A DNA stretch of 63,024 bases, filler included, from Nemertoderma westbladi (Eukaryota; Animalia; Xenacoelomorpha), in the NCBI GenBank assembly GCA_032718475.1. It is 4 parts of 4 records of this genome, joined end to end, with 100 filler letters (N's around TTAATTAATTAA, not from the genome) between each part and the next. Parts side by side here need not be neighbours in the genome. Positions count along the whole stretch, not along the records: positions 1 to 17,336 come from JAUCBJ010001858.1; 3 more parts are not named here. The stretch is one strand, 5' to 3'. Positions 1-12,800 of this stretch are shown piece after piece. Below the pieces are notes generated by a model. It was not told where the DNA came from. It saw only the letters and a program-made list of their open reading frames with translations, and did no database searches. A program made the translations under genes and the position numbers. Position 1 is the first letter of the stretch. Every line of letters starts with the position of its first letter.

Positions 1-6
1 ATGTTA

Positions 7-65
7 GTACTCTGCGTTGATACCACTGCTTAAAGCAGTGGTATCAACGCAGAGTACTGGGGGGG
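7..65. other. SMART/SMARTer template-switch adapter in inverted tandem (library artefact)
   Basis: 33-57 is AAGCAGTGGTATCAACGCAGAGTAC, 7-31 is its exact reverse complement, and a T plus G7 follows. Confidence 0.95.
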
Positions 66-3032
66 TCTCTGTGATGCTATAACTGCTTTTATTCTTTCGG
101 TTTAAGAAAGAAAAGGATCCAATTTATTTCATTTTCATTTATTATATTATCTTCACGAGGACCGTAACCAAGGCAATATCTAACACATTTCCTCTGCAGT
201 GCTTCCAATTGCTTACGAAGGCGTTGAGTTATGCTGTAAAACCAAGTAGATGCGGCGTAATCGATATGTGGTTATATCAAACGTCTTGTATAGTAGTCTA
301 GTAAACCGCCATATTTATGTAAAAACTTCAATCTATTGTTACATTTCTTTATTACCTTTGTGGCCATCTCGGTCCCACTTAGATGTTGGTCTAGCACGGA
401 GCCAAGGTAAGTGACCGATTTTGCATTTTTTATACGTTGTCCACCACAACGTCACCTTCAAGGCAGAACCCCCTAAGTCGATTTTTGTAGTTCTGAGATA
501 ATCGATAAAAACTGTTTATTTTATACGGAGATGCCTCAGTTTACTTGTTATTGTTTTTTTTGACAACTAAATATATATAGAATTCATATAACTAAACTTT
601 TAACTTGATTTAGAATGCATCAAAGTCTGCCTTGAAATCAATTGGTTACACTCTTACTACACATTGATTATGCGTGGTAGACTTACAACGCAAATACAAA
701 ATTAATGAAAGAATCTCGGCTATTCCGTGAGATTAATGCTATAAATATGTTAAACAATTATTTGCACTTGTTAGCGAGGGCAGTTCAAGTACGTTTTATA
801 ACATAAACAATAATTAGAGGCTAATTCTATTTATTATTAATTAAACTCTGCTCTGGGGATTGTGCCTAACGCTAAGCCGACAGCCTGCAACCACAGCAGA
901 AAAATACAGATATGAAACTGTAGCTTGTGCTCTCGATTCTCGTTTATTGTTTTGGTTAGCATTCCAATGTAACTTGTTTCTTTCCCTCAAGTAATAATTA
1001 ACATTTAAGTAGCATTAACATTGGTTGTAAGCGTACCATCTAAACGTCCAAGTTCAAGTTCTTTCGGTATTTAAATTAAGTAACTGTTGTAAGTAGAAAG
1101 GTAGCCTATGCATTCAAAATACAATTTTATTTGACTGGTATTTTTTCAGCGAGGCTTTGAAAATATTTCCTTGGTTTATCGTTCTACTGCCAATCCATTA
1201 TGGAAGAGATAAGTGGCGCTGTTAAATAAAATATCAAAGTAACGGAATATATACAGGTCTCGTAATGAATGGTAAAGTCACGGCGACTCCAGAAGACTTT
1301 CTCTTTCGATAGATACTACCCGAAAGTAGGGGTGGGCGGTGGGCGCAACTCATATCCAAAGTTTTGCTCCCTGTAATTCTACTGGTTCGCATCTTATCGA
1401 CACCAGGGGAGAAAAGGCTGAATGGATCCTGGCGGGGCTTGAATATACAGCCAATAGATTGCAGGCCCTGCGTTCAACCAACTGAGCTAGACCTATCCCT
1501 CCTTTCATGGTAGAAAATCATTAGGCCTATTACATTAGTACAATTGCAATTTAATAATGTAAGCGCGAGTGAAGCGAAAAAATTTGAAAAAATATTTAAA
1601 AACTTTGCTGTACAGTATAAATATAAAGTTAGATGAGTAATGAGTTGGGATTCACGCAAAGCAAGCAAAAGCAAGTAGCTCGCTTCATAGCCTAACCAAG
1701 CCTTAGTAAACAAGCAAAGCAAAGCCTGTCTACCGCCGTCCCTCTTTACAATTGTTTTTAAGTCTACAGTATTATGGGAGCGCCAACTAAGTGATTGATG
1801 GCTTAACTCACGTAGTACCATTTGTATCAAATATGAACCAAAAACTGTTCAGTTATATAAATATGAAATATACTAAAATAGCAGGTATGGAAACTCTATC
1901 ACCCCTTTATAGAATTTTAGATATTTGCGGACTAACTTTTTCCCCTGAGTTCCACTTGGATCACTTTTGACCCAGAATGGAAAATCATATGAAGCAAGCT
2001 TATATGCACCCAAGCAAATTTCAACTAATCAGAACACTTCTTCCCCAGCTTAGCCATCCATGTGCAGTATGCATATTTACCAATTGGGGTTTCGTTTCAG
2101 CCTATTTTAACATATTAACTTATTTTCGCGAATATTTAATTTCGATATTCACCATTTAAGGTACCTTTTAAAGGAAAGTAGCAGGTTCTAATGGCAGGCT
2201 TTTCTAACCAAAACAATAAACTAAATTTAGAGAACACAGTTAACAGTAACAATTTTCACTTCTAGGCACTATTTTTTCAATATTATTTTAACATTAACAC
2301 TATGAGACTCTTTTTCCGTACAGTATAAATCAAAATTGACAAGGTATCTCCTCCAATGCCGAATATGATGATGGGTCATTTGCCCTAACCTTAGTTACTG
2401 CAACCAACTGATAGTTGATTACAGTACAGTATATAGTAAAATGTGAACGTGTGAAACTCGAAACACCAGAGCCAATCCGAAGGATCATCTCTCTTTAGTG
2501 TTGTCTTGCCTATAAGGCAGAAATCAGGGAGGGCGCCACATTACTGTAACTAACTACTAAGGCTGAACGGTGAACACTCCTTATCTACCCAACCATTTCT
2601 TTACCCCCAACCCCCAGATTCCAGGTTCCCATTATACCATTGTGTTTGCGTAAGCTCTAAACCAAATGCTACTGTAATATCTAAAGTGTCTATAATTTAG
2701 ACATATCAGTTTGAAATTTATACAGCCTTTTTTAATAGCAATAATTTTTATTGTCCGTTTAAATCCTTTTTTTGTCATTTTTTTGATTTTTTATGTCCTC
2801 CAAAAATCTAATGTTAGGTTCCATGTTACCGGTTTCTCTACTGCTGTTCTCTCAGGCTATCAGTACCGGTATTAGTATATATAGCACTATTTTGCTGTAT
2901 TGAATGTTCAGATGTAGGTATAAAGCAGGTATTTCTGTATTTTAGTACCGGCACCGGTACTGCTGTAGCCCTACTGTGTAGCCTACCATTTAAATACGGT
3001 ACTGGTAGGCCTAACGGCTGACCGGTTACTTT

Positions 3033-3733
3033 GGTTTTGAAAATCCCGCCTCTGTAACCTGCTCCTTTCCCCCGCCTCTGTAACCTGCCCCTTTCCCTCA
3101 ATTAGTTAAATGATCGTTTATTGTTTTGGTTATAAAATCCCGCCTCTGTAACCGGCTCCTTTCCCTCAATTAGTTAAGTGATCGTTTATTGTTTTGGTTA
3201 GAAAATCCCGTCTCTGTAACCTGCTCCTTTCCCTGATTTGGTAAAGTGACTGTTTATTGTTTTGGTTAGAAAATCCCGCCTCTGTAACCTGCTCCTTTCC
3301 CTCAATTAGTTAAGTGATCGTTTATTGTTTTGGTTAGGAAATCCCGCCTCTGTAACCTGCTCCCTTTCTCTCAATTGGTAATGTTATCGTTTATTGTTTT
3401 GGTTAGAAAATCCCGTCTCTGTAACCTGCTCCTTTCCCTGATTTGGTAAAGTGACTGTTTATTGTTTTGGTTAGAAAATCCCGCCTCTGTAACCTGCTCC
3501 TTTCTCTCAATTGGTAATGTTATCGTTTATTGTTTTGGTTAAAAAATCCCGTCTCTGTAACCTGCTCCTTTCCCTCAATTAGTTAAATGATCGTTTATTG
3601 TTTTGGTTTAGAAAATCCCGCCTCTGTAACCTGCTCCTTTCCCTGATTTGGTAAAGTGACTGTTTATTGTTTTGGTTAGAAAATCCGGCCTTAACCTGCT
3701 CCTTTCCATCAATTGGTAATTGTTTTTGGCTAT
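3033..3733. repeat. ~68-bp tandem repeat, ~10 copies
   Basis: Unit approx. AAAATCCCGCCTCTGTAACCTGCTCCTTTCCCTCAATTAGTTAAGTGATCGTTTATTGTTTTGGTTAG recurs at 3134, 3202, 3270, 3338, 3407, 3475, 3543, 3612 and 3680. Monomer-like fragments are dispersed elsewhere (~2170 and ~9290 inverted; ~4470, ~5890, ~22950, ~43910). Confidence 0.93.
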
Positions 3734-5397
3734 AAAATGAGTGTTTTGCTACGTCATGTGGTAATCGATTATCTACAACAACCACAAACTATTAAATTTA
3801 GAGTCTTTTACCACAGGCGCATATGGAATTCTATCTCATAGTCTATAAATCATGGAATCATGGAATGTTTTGGCACAGGCATAGTGAAACCAACTGTCCG
3901 ACAGACCAGAAATCAACAGTCTGACAGTTTGAAGAAATACATACATAAAAAGTCATTAAAAGGACAACAAAAGTCATTAAAAGGACAACAAAAGTCATTA
4001 TGCACAATTCGTTAAAAAAGGAGGACAAAAAAGTCAAATAAAAGGACATAAAAAATCACTGCCTTTTTTAATCGGATTTGAACGAGCGCCACCAAACACT
4101 ATTGTGTAAGCAGATCAGGCGCTGTATCCACTCGGACACTGCGAGATCCTAGGGAACCTACTGTAGGCTCAGTCCTACAGTAGGTTCCGTGACGGGGACG
4201 TTGGACCGGTGTCACAGGCGAAAAAGCCACCCCCCCCCACCCCGCGCGGAATGCCCTCCCAGTTTGCTAGACCTAGGCCTACTACAGTATTACTATACTG
4301 TAAGTCTATAGGGAGGGTGAGCATTCAGCTCGGGGGGGGGGGCAATAAAAAAGCAATAAAAACTGCTTTCGACGCAATTAAAAATTCATCCCTCTCCAGG
4401 GGAAATTCGACGCGAATAACAGCTGATTACTCCTAAAAATAAAACTGTAACCTGTTCTATTGTGTTAGTTTTTTGTTTTGGTTACAATAACGTTTCACTG
4501 TAACCTGTTCCTTTCCCTAAATTTAGAATTTTACATTGAGGCGGGATATTAATTCGCCAAAATGGGATTTGCGTCCAGTTTTCCCCCTGTTTCCGCCTAG
4601 GACACCGGACGTGGGACTTTGTTGTCTTTGACAGGACTGAGTTACGAAACCGTTTTCAGGGCGAGGGCATATGGCCATGGAAGTAAATATTTCCTCCCAC
4701 ACATTAACATAAACTGCTGGCTTTGTGTGATAGGCTTATTTTATTATACAGTATTGTTAAAACATTTCTCCTACAGTATTTCTAACATTCGTTTATTGTT
4801 TTGGCCTCACTTGTCTCTGCAACCTGCTCCAATTAAGTACCGTTTTCGTTTTGGCTCTTTTGTTTTGTTGTGTGACTTTTTTCATACGTTTTTTTTCTTT
4901 TTGTTCCTTTATTTTTTTATGATATTGATAGCATTCCATTGCTTTACTCACGCATTTTGGGCCAGTTATCCGACTGGAAAAAACGTCGCAAAACGGCCAA
5001 TCGAAAACGGCTGAACTTTACTTCAGTAAATGCTACAGTATAATTTATCTACAATACAATAACATATATAATGAGCTACAGTATAATTTATCGCCCATGT
5101 GATGAATACTTGAAAACGAAAACTTTGAAATTTTTTTTTAATGAAAACTTTTTATTTTTTCAAATTTCCCCTTTTTAAGTGTTTTATAGCGCTTATTTCT
5201 GTCTTATAACAGTCTGTACAGATAACAGATACTAATTAGTTTATTGTTTTGCTGGTACTGTATTCTTCACATGGGGGTAAACTGCAAAGTGAAATATAAC
5301 GGCAGAAAGTCTGGTATACTTCACATGGGCCTAATTTATGTATAATGGTAGGGATAGTGTGGTACACTGTACAATTCTTCCACCAGGCTTTGATTCC

Positions 5398-5778
5398 TTA
5401 GAATAGTTTTACATTCAACCGACCACTGTTCCGATGATCAACATAGCATTTTACATCAGGCTTGTCATTCAAGTGTTGCATTATCGCGTATTTAATATGT
5501 GCCACACCATCGTCGCTATGTAGACCCTTCCCAACGATAAATGTGGCTGAATTGTTTCCTGCGTTTCTCGCCCTTCTAATCGCGTTATCCACATCGCCTT
5601 TGGCATTATACACACTCATTCCATGTAGATCGATTTCGTCAACTATCAGGCTCTTAGCTCTTATTTGTGTTGAAGGTGCGTCATTAAAATAACAATATAA
5701 TATGAGACAAACGACAACAAAAAAGATAAATAGTATTACCAGTTCGATTTCAGACATTCCAATTACATCAAGTATCAT
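5398..5778 (-). CDS. Small Smr-domain (MutS2-C/N4BP2/Cue2-type) nuclease with N-terminal transmembrane helix
   Basis: Motifs IDLHGM, FIVGKGLHS and NSGRLNV, plus the hydrophobic segment LVILFIFFVVVCLILYCYF. First ATG at 5778 (alternative 5757); the ORF-track start at 5787 is a TTG. Confidence 0.8.
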   Translation of the reverse strand: MILDVIGMSEIELVILFIFFVVVCLILYCYFNDAPSTQIRAKSLIVDEIDLHGMSVYNAKGDVDNAIRRARNAGNNSATFIVGKGLHSDDGVAHIKYAIMQHLNDKPDVKCYVDHRNSGRLNVKLF

Positions 5779-6924
5779 CCAATACAAACAATTTCAGAGT
5801 CAGAGTTGCGTAAAGATCAGCTAGGGGCAGCACTTATTGTAACAGCTGATTAGTACAAACATTTAACTGTTACCAGCGCTTTTCACTTTAGTTTATTGTT
5901 TTGGTTAGAATAACGTACGGTACCACTGCAACCTACTCCTTTCACTTTATTGATAGTTAACATTTCGTCAAGTCCCCCCCCCCCCCCCCCACCATTTTCA
6001 TAATGCCAGGCTCTATTCTAAATACTGTATTATATTTTTGCCATATTATAATTAATGTTCTGGTAATAAAGAACCTTTGAACTTTCAATTTGGTTGTCCG
6101 TTGCTATTACATTTGACAGTACTTTTCCAAACCCAACCAACTGCAGTCAATGATTATGGGTAGGTTGATATATACACTGTATGCAGTCAATGTCCTGGAA
6201 CAAAGATATACAGTACTGTATAGGCGTATATAGTTAATCTTAGAATGTGGTATGAGTAAGTTTGCTGTTTATACAGTACTTATACATTACGGCCGTTGTA
6301 ATTATACTGTGTACAATCAATAATTATGCGAGCATTTCAGTTTTCAATTCAAAATTTACTGAGAAAAGGCTGCCATTTCTACCCAACCATGCGGGCCAAC
6401 TTTGGGTTGGGAGAGCATACGTTGAGTCATACCATTTTACCATATTACTTAATACTGTAATTATCATATCACACCGATATCTTAATACGGTAATGCAGAG
6501 AGTAAAAAAGTTGTCACAATCCATATTCAGGAAGTTACTCCAAAGACATCAATGCCAAATCTCCCCACGTGCCAAACCCCACTTATACTTAAGATTGTAG
6601 GGCCTTATCGCCCCTTGTACCTTTACCGCCCCTCGACCTTATCGCCCTCTGGGAACTTATTATCGCCCCTCAAATGGCCCTTATCACCCCTTGGGTACAT
6701 ATCGCCCCCAGGTCTTTATCGCCCCTCGTACCTTATCGCCACTGTGAGAAATATGAATTTTGAATGGGAGAAACGTTTAGGCCTAGTAAGCCAGGGAATG
6801 CCTGTTCACCGCCATGGATGATCTACAGTATACCTTTCCAATGGTTCCCATTTATCGACAAGTGAAAACCTGGTTAGAGCTAGTCTGTAGCATGTTAAGC
6901 CCCGTCCCAACTACTACGATCGGC

Positions 6925-7380
6925 ATGCTGCATTGCAGCTGCGATATTATTATGCATTGTATAACATACATATTAAGAATGCTGTTCCGGCTTGTCGACA
7001 AAATTGCGCCGCCACAATTCCCTATCACACATGATATTTGCTAGTTTATCCGCATCTTCAAGGCCAGGGTCCTTTAAGATGCTTCTCAAGAAAGTCATGG
7101 GCTGATTCGCTCCATGGGGCCGCCAAAGCACAATATTATGCACTGGCTGGTCCTCACGGCGAAAGCAATGTCCTGCAAAGCGGAGGCGGTTGCGTTCAAG
7201 TGTCAAGCTAGGGGAGACTAATAGAACACATCCAATGTTGTATAGAGTCTGATTGGAGATTTGTTCATTGTATTTGACACAATGAACCCGGCGCAGCATT
7301 CTTGAGAATGTGCCATCCAGAGATTTGGTATCCACTGCAGTTAGAACCCAACATGGACTCCCATATAAGAGTACTGCGGT
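6925..7380 (-). mobile_element. RTE-clade-like LINE 3' fragment
   Basis: LDGTFSRMLRRV...RLRFAGHCFRREDQPVHNIVLW, typical of the post-RT region. A second copy lies at ~50450-50790. Confidence 0.7.
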
Positions 7381-7409
7381 GCTACTATTGCCCCGTGCCC
7401 AAACAGTAC

Positions 7410-7488
7410 TGCGACGTACAGGGATCGAACCTGGGGCCTCCTAAATGAAAGCCCAGATTGTTACTTTCCATTAGATCATGCGGCTGCT
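7410..7488 (-). mobile_element. Possible tRNA-derived SINE head
   Basis: Minus strand has an A-box-like TGATCTAATGG and a B box GGTTCGATCCC, but no intact cloverleaf. Confidence 0.4.
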
Positions 7489-7820
7489 TGTCTTTAGTTT
7501 AGTCTATGAATTGAATATAAAATTTTCTAATTGTAGGCCTCCTCTAAAAGAAACTATTTTAGTATAAATATAACAGTAAACTTTTAACTAAAATGCATGA
7601 TTTAGAGGAAGTATGGTATCCTGTATATAATGACAGGGACGATAAGTTCCTAAAAACTCAGAACAGGGGGCGATGAGTTACCAACAAAATGCAATTTATA
7701 GTGGCGATAAAGTTCCAGGGGCGACAAGGTCATGCTTCGATACTTCAAATGTACCATTTTGGCTTTTACCCCAATGTGAAGAATACCAGGTTCTCACTTT
7801 TCGGTAGAGTATTCACTAGT

Positions 7821-8664
7821 CATAGTCAATTGCGCGCATGTCCGCAATGTTAGGTTTGTAGAGGACTCACACTTAACATAGTCACTAGCGCGCATGTCCG
7901 CTATGTTGGGTTTGTAGTGGACTCACACTTAACATAGTCACTAGCGCGCATGTCCGCAATGTTAGGTTTGTAGAGGACTCACACTTAACATAGTCACTAG
8001 CGCGCATGTCCGCTATGTTGGGTTTGTAGTGGACTCACACTTAACATAGTCACTAGCGCGCATGTCCGCAATGTTGGGTTTGAAGTGGACTCACACTTAA
8101 CATAGTCACTAGCGCGCATGTCCGCAATGTTGGGTTTGAAGTGGACTCACACTTAACATAGTCACTTAGCGCGCATGTCCGCAATGTTGGGTTTGTAGTG
8201 GACTCACACTTAACATATTCACTAGCGCGCATGTCCGCAATGTTGGGTTTGTAGTGGACTCACACTTAACATAGTCACTAGCGCGCATGTTCGCAATGTT
8301 GGGTTTGTAGTGGACTCACACTTAACATATTCACTAGCGCGCATGTCCGCAATGTTGGGTTTGTAGTGGACTCACACTTAACATAGTCACTAGCGCGCAT
8401 GTCCGCAATGTTGGGTTTGTAGTGGACTCACACTTAACATAGTCACTAGCGCGCATGTCCGCAATGTTGGGTTTGTAGTGGAATCACACTTAACATATTC
8501 ACTAGCGCGCATGTCCGCAATGTTGGGTTTGTAGTGGACTCACACTTAACATAGTCACTAGCGCGCATGTCCGCAATGTTGGGTTTGTAGTGGACTCACA
8601 CTTAACATAGTCACTAGCGCGCATGTCCGCAATGTTGGGTTTGTAGTGGACTCACACTTAACAT
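7821..8664. repeat. 56-bp minisatellite, ~15 copies
   Basis: Unit CATAGTCACTAGCGCGCATGTCCGCAATGTTGGGTTTGTAGTGGACTCACACTTAA, near-identical copies with no spacers. Confidence 0.97.
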
Positions 8665-8724
8665 TTTCGAAACAAATTGCAGCATCAGTACGTGATTCAT
8701 TTTTTCAAATACATAATATATCGA

Positions 8725-9085
8725 AGACAAAATGCGGCAGCACTGGCTGGTACTAGGAAGAGAGACCACATTACTTCAGTCCTTAAGACCTACATTGACT
8801 TCCGGTTAATCGACGCATTCAGTTTAAAATAGCTCTCCTAACATACAAATGTATTACCGCTCTTGCACCATCATATTTGGTAGACCTACTGACGCCTTAC
8901 AATCCCCTTCGCCAGCTGCAATCCCGTGATGCGGGACTGTTAGCTGTTCCCCGGTATCGCCTTGCAAACTATGGAAAACGGGCATTCCCCATCGCTGCTC
9001 CTACAATAAAGAACACTCTACCAATCAACCTACTCCAGCATTAAACGCCTTATTAAACGCGGGACTCAAGACTCATATATTTAAA
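8725..9085 (+). mobile_element. L2/CR1-group LINE ORF2 C-terminal fragment (degenerate)
   Basis: Translates, with breaks, to QNAAA..RKRDHITSVL..LPVNRRIQFKIALLTYKC..APSYL..LLAVPR..YGKRAF..AAP..LKTH. Confidence 0.8.
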
Positions 9086-9894
9086 CAGGAATACTATGTC
9101 GTCTAACTCCTAAAGAACGTCTCCTTTTAACTCATTTCCGCTTTTGGCGTTGTCTTTGTTTTTACTTCAGTAAAATTCTAAGTCTAAAGTGTCTTGCCTA
9201 GGGGAGTCAATGGCGCGGATTGACCGCAAACACAAAATAAATTTTAGTGGGTTTTAAAAATTGGTTTAATTTAATTAAAAACATTAAGGGAAAGGATCAG
9301 TTTACAGTGGCGGTGTTTTCTAACCAAAACAATAAACTATACATTATTTCACTTGCGGTTAATTTGCGCTGACGATCAACATTTTCACTTGCGGTCAAAT
9401 TGCGCCACTATCTGGCCTAGGGACACAACAGTATTTGAATTAAGTGGGGTGCAAAATATGCTTTACAATACACTTTCTCATATGGGCGGGCCCTCGTGTT
9501 GCGCTAACCTAAAGCATTGCAATAATATTCTCCAGAATCAGAATTACACCTTTGTCTGATTGATGCCTTACAATTGGGATGATTATAAAACAGAATGCAA
9601 GGTTTCAATTATTACTAAATATGTATTATAAGACAATAAGTGTTAAGTTTAGAATTGTAAATTCGACTAATTTTAAATTGTCCCGAAACGGAAGCGAAAC
9701 AGAGTTGAATTTAAAACGGTTTCCAGATTCGAAATTGCTGATCTGATGGGGGAGGGGTTACAAATTGTAATAATATTATGAATTCACTTTTTTGGAGATT
9801 CAACTATAACATATATAGTAGTGCAATTAAGATTAAAATAAATTATAATTGTAGAAACCAAGATGCAAAGTTTCTCCAATATGAATTCTTTCTG

Positions 9895-12800
9895 TTATTT
9901 CTTTTGTTGACACGCGTAATCCATGAAGGTCGGGTTTTTAGGTCTCTGTCTCTCAGACTGACCTCGGCCACTTCCCTCTGGACGTCGTCTATTTCCATGA
10001 CTATGCACCCGAGATTGCTTAGGACCTTTTGGAACACCCTCTAATTGGCGTCGTACATTGTCTACTTCCATTGTTGGGCATTTCTCAAACCATGATGACC
10101 AAATTGTTGAGGCCATCAATGTTGAAGTATTTCCTATCCCTATAATTGCTCGACGAGCCCTTGTCAATAAAACATTCACTCGAAGTTTATCATCTGTAAA
10201 ACCTAAATTACCATATCTGTTTGCTCTTACTGTTGAAAAAATAATTATTTCATTTTCACGTCCTTGAAATCCATCAATTGAATTGACAGAAATACCTTGC
10301 CAACCATTACCATCCAGTCTACTACGTATGGCTCTAACTTGCCCGATATAAGGACTGAGCACAGAAATATACGACAGTAGCAAATCTTTGTTTTCATTTA
10401 GTAAAACTTCTATAACATCAATGACAATATCAATTTCTATATCATTTCTGAATGACATTCCGGAGTGACGCTCATAGCCATCTTCAACATTTACAAAACA
10501 CATTGGAAGATTAGATTTAGGAAATGGGAATCCAGGGGTAGGTCTTTCTTCCTCTGTAATGGCAGATGTCAACATGCCATTGTAGAAAGTGTTTGATGGA
10601 AATTCTGCAAGAGCTGGATGCATTCGGTGCTGCTCATTAAGAAAATATACATTATAATTGAAGTTATGAAGTTTGTGAAACAAGCTTGATGACAGTTGGG
10701 ATACATTTGGTAATTCTGGCATTTCATCTTCAATGATTTTTGTTACACTACTGGTCATTATCAGAGGTGATAACTGATCAGGATCACCAATTAATACAAC
10801 CTGTTCACAACCATGTACCAATGCCGGCATCAGTAGAGGTTCAGTAACCAACGTAGCTTCATCTATAATTACAAAACTAAAAATAACGGATGACTTTTCA
10901 ACAATTGATTCCCCTATACCGATACATGTGCTACACACAACTTCGGCAGATTTAATGATGGTCTTCGCAATTCTTGTGTTTCGGTGCATTTTTCCATATT
11001 GATCACGCTGTTGGGCATCTTTTCCTTTCCTAGTACATTCCTGCTCCAGCAGGTATTCCAATGAATGCGAATAGACATCATTCGCAATCTGGGCTCTATT
11101 TCCAATGCGCACCACCATAATCTTCATTTGCAATAACCGTCTAACAATGTTATCAATAGCTAAATTCGTTTCAGCAACTACTAATATTTTCTTGTTATTA
11201 TTTGTGGTTGTTAGAATTCTTTGTCTAATAATTTCACAAGCCACATAGGTTTTGCCGGTACCTGGTGGACCATGTATCAGAGTTAAACGATCTCTTAATG
11301 CTGCAGCCATTGCAGCTGACTGTGCTGCATTGAGATTTAATTTATTGATGTCCTTATGATGTTCTCTAACATTCTCCATACCAGTGTTTGTGCATTCTGC
11401 ATCATTACTGCTAGTCTGACGAATTTCAAAAATAGGAAGCACATTACAAACATCACTGGACCCTTTACTATCAGCCAGAAGGATACATGCATTTTTTATT
11501 CTCTCATAAGCAATAGTATTTCCTATTATATCTAATCTCCACAACCATTTCTTACCTTTCTTTAGGCAATTAGTGATAGCAAATGTTTCTGGGGAGTCTA
11601 GCTCAACTGTAATAATTAGTGGAGCTATACAAACTTTTAGTATTCTCCCAATTGTACTATGGCTGACCCAATTTTTGGTACATAATATTTCTTGAATATC
11701 CAATTTCCTGGTAATTAGGACACTTTGACCTAAAGTAAAGTTCCCCAAAGGAGAAGTACCACTGCTGCAATAAAATTCAATTCTAGTTTGTGTTGTAGGT
11801 TCAGGACTTTCATCTTTGCATAACAGTAGATTTGTGATTGTATTTGGGCTATCTGTTTCCTTACTTTCTTTCAAGTACATCCTTTCTTGCAATTCGTTCA
11901 CTTCCAAAACGAAATATATGGATTGCATTAATAGGATATTTATAGAACATTGTGTTTTTGTCATGGCTGATATGAGATCAATATGTGAAGTTTGATCAGT
12001 GGTGTTGGAGAGTGTTCTATACAGGCATTTTACTAACATCAAAGAATTCCTGTTCGTACACATAGCCCAAGTCTTCCAATGTGCAAGTTCTTGGCAGACA
12101 TCATCTTCCTTCCATAGGACTGTTTGAGGGCTGCAATGGAGTTTGCTAAGGAATAGTTCGACTTTGTCATGAAATCCTAGTCGTGACATATACGTTACAA
12201 CTAATACAATGTCTCCCAGCATTGGTTTGTTACATACTAACTCTATGAGAATATCACAAATATCACTAATTTCCACAGAAATTTGAAATATTGCTCTAGG
12301 TAAATGTCCAATATTACTGCAGATGTTTTGAAGTAACTCAAAAATGCACAAAACTGTTATATGTGACATGTTGACATCAAGAGACAACATCTTCCACAGT
12401 GCTTGACGAAATGAAACTACATGACAGTTACAAGCTAATATTTCAAGGTGACTTTCATGAATTTGACTATCTTCACCAATATGGTCTGTGATGTCCAATT
12501 TCGATTTGATTAAAAAGTCTTCTTCATCATCACTAACATCATCTTCTGAGTCTTCTTCAAATTTGACATCTCCATTGTCACAATCATGGGTTAAAACACT
12601 ATTGTCGACATAGCTATCAAAATAAGCAGCTGCAGGTGGGATTGTACTAACAAATATTTCCACAGCATCATAATTCTGTTTGTTCAATATAGGATGTTGT
12701 TTTTCTGTGTGAATGTTCTTGTTGAAACGTATCAAAGAAATGCTTAATTTGCCTGATATCTGTAGATCATCATCATCTTCTTGCACATTTATTGCTTTTG

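Noticed and set aside
7821-8664. CRISPR-like array (also 3033-3733, 41481-41850, 61780-63024)
   Set aside because: Head-to-tail units with no unique spacers, no cas genes, and a eukaryotic context.
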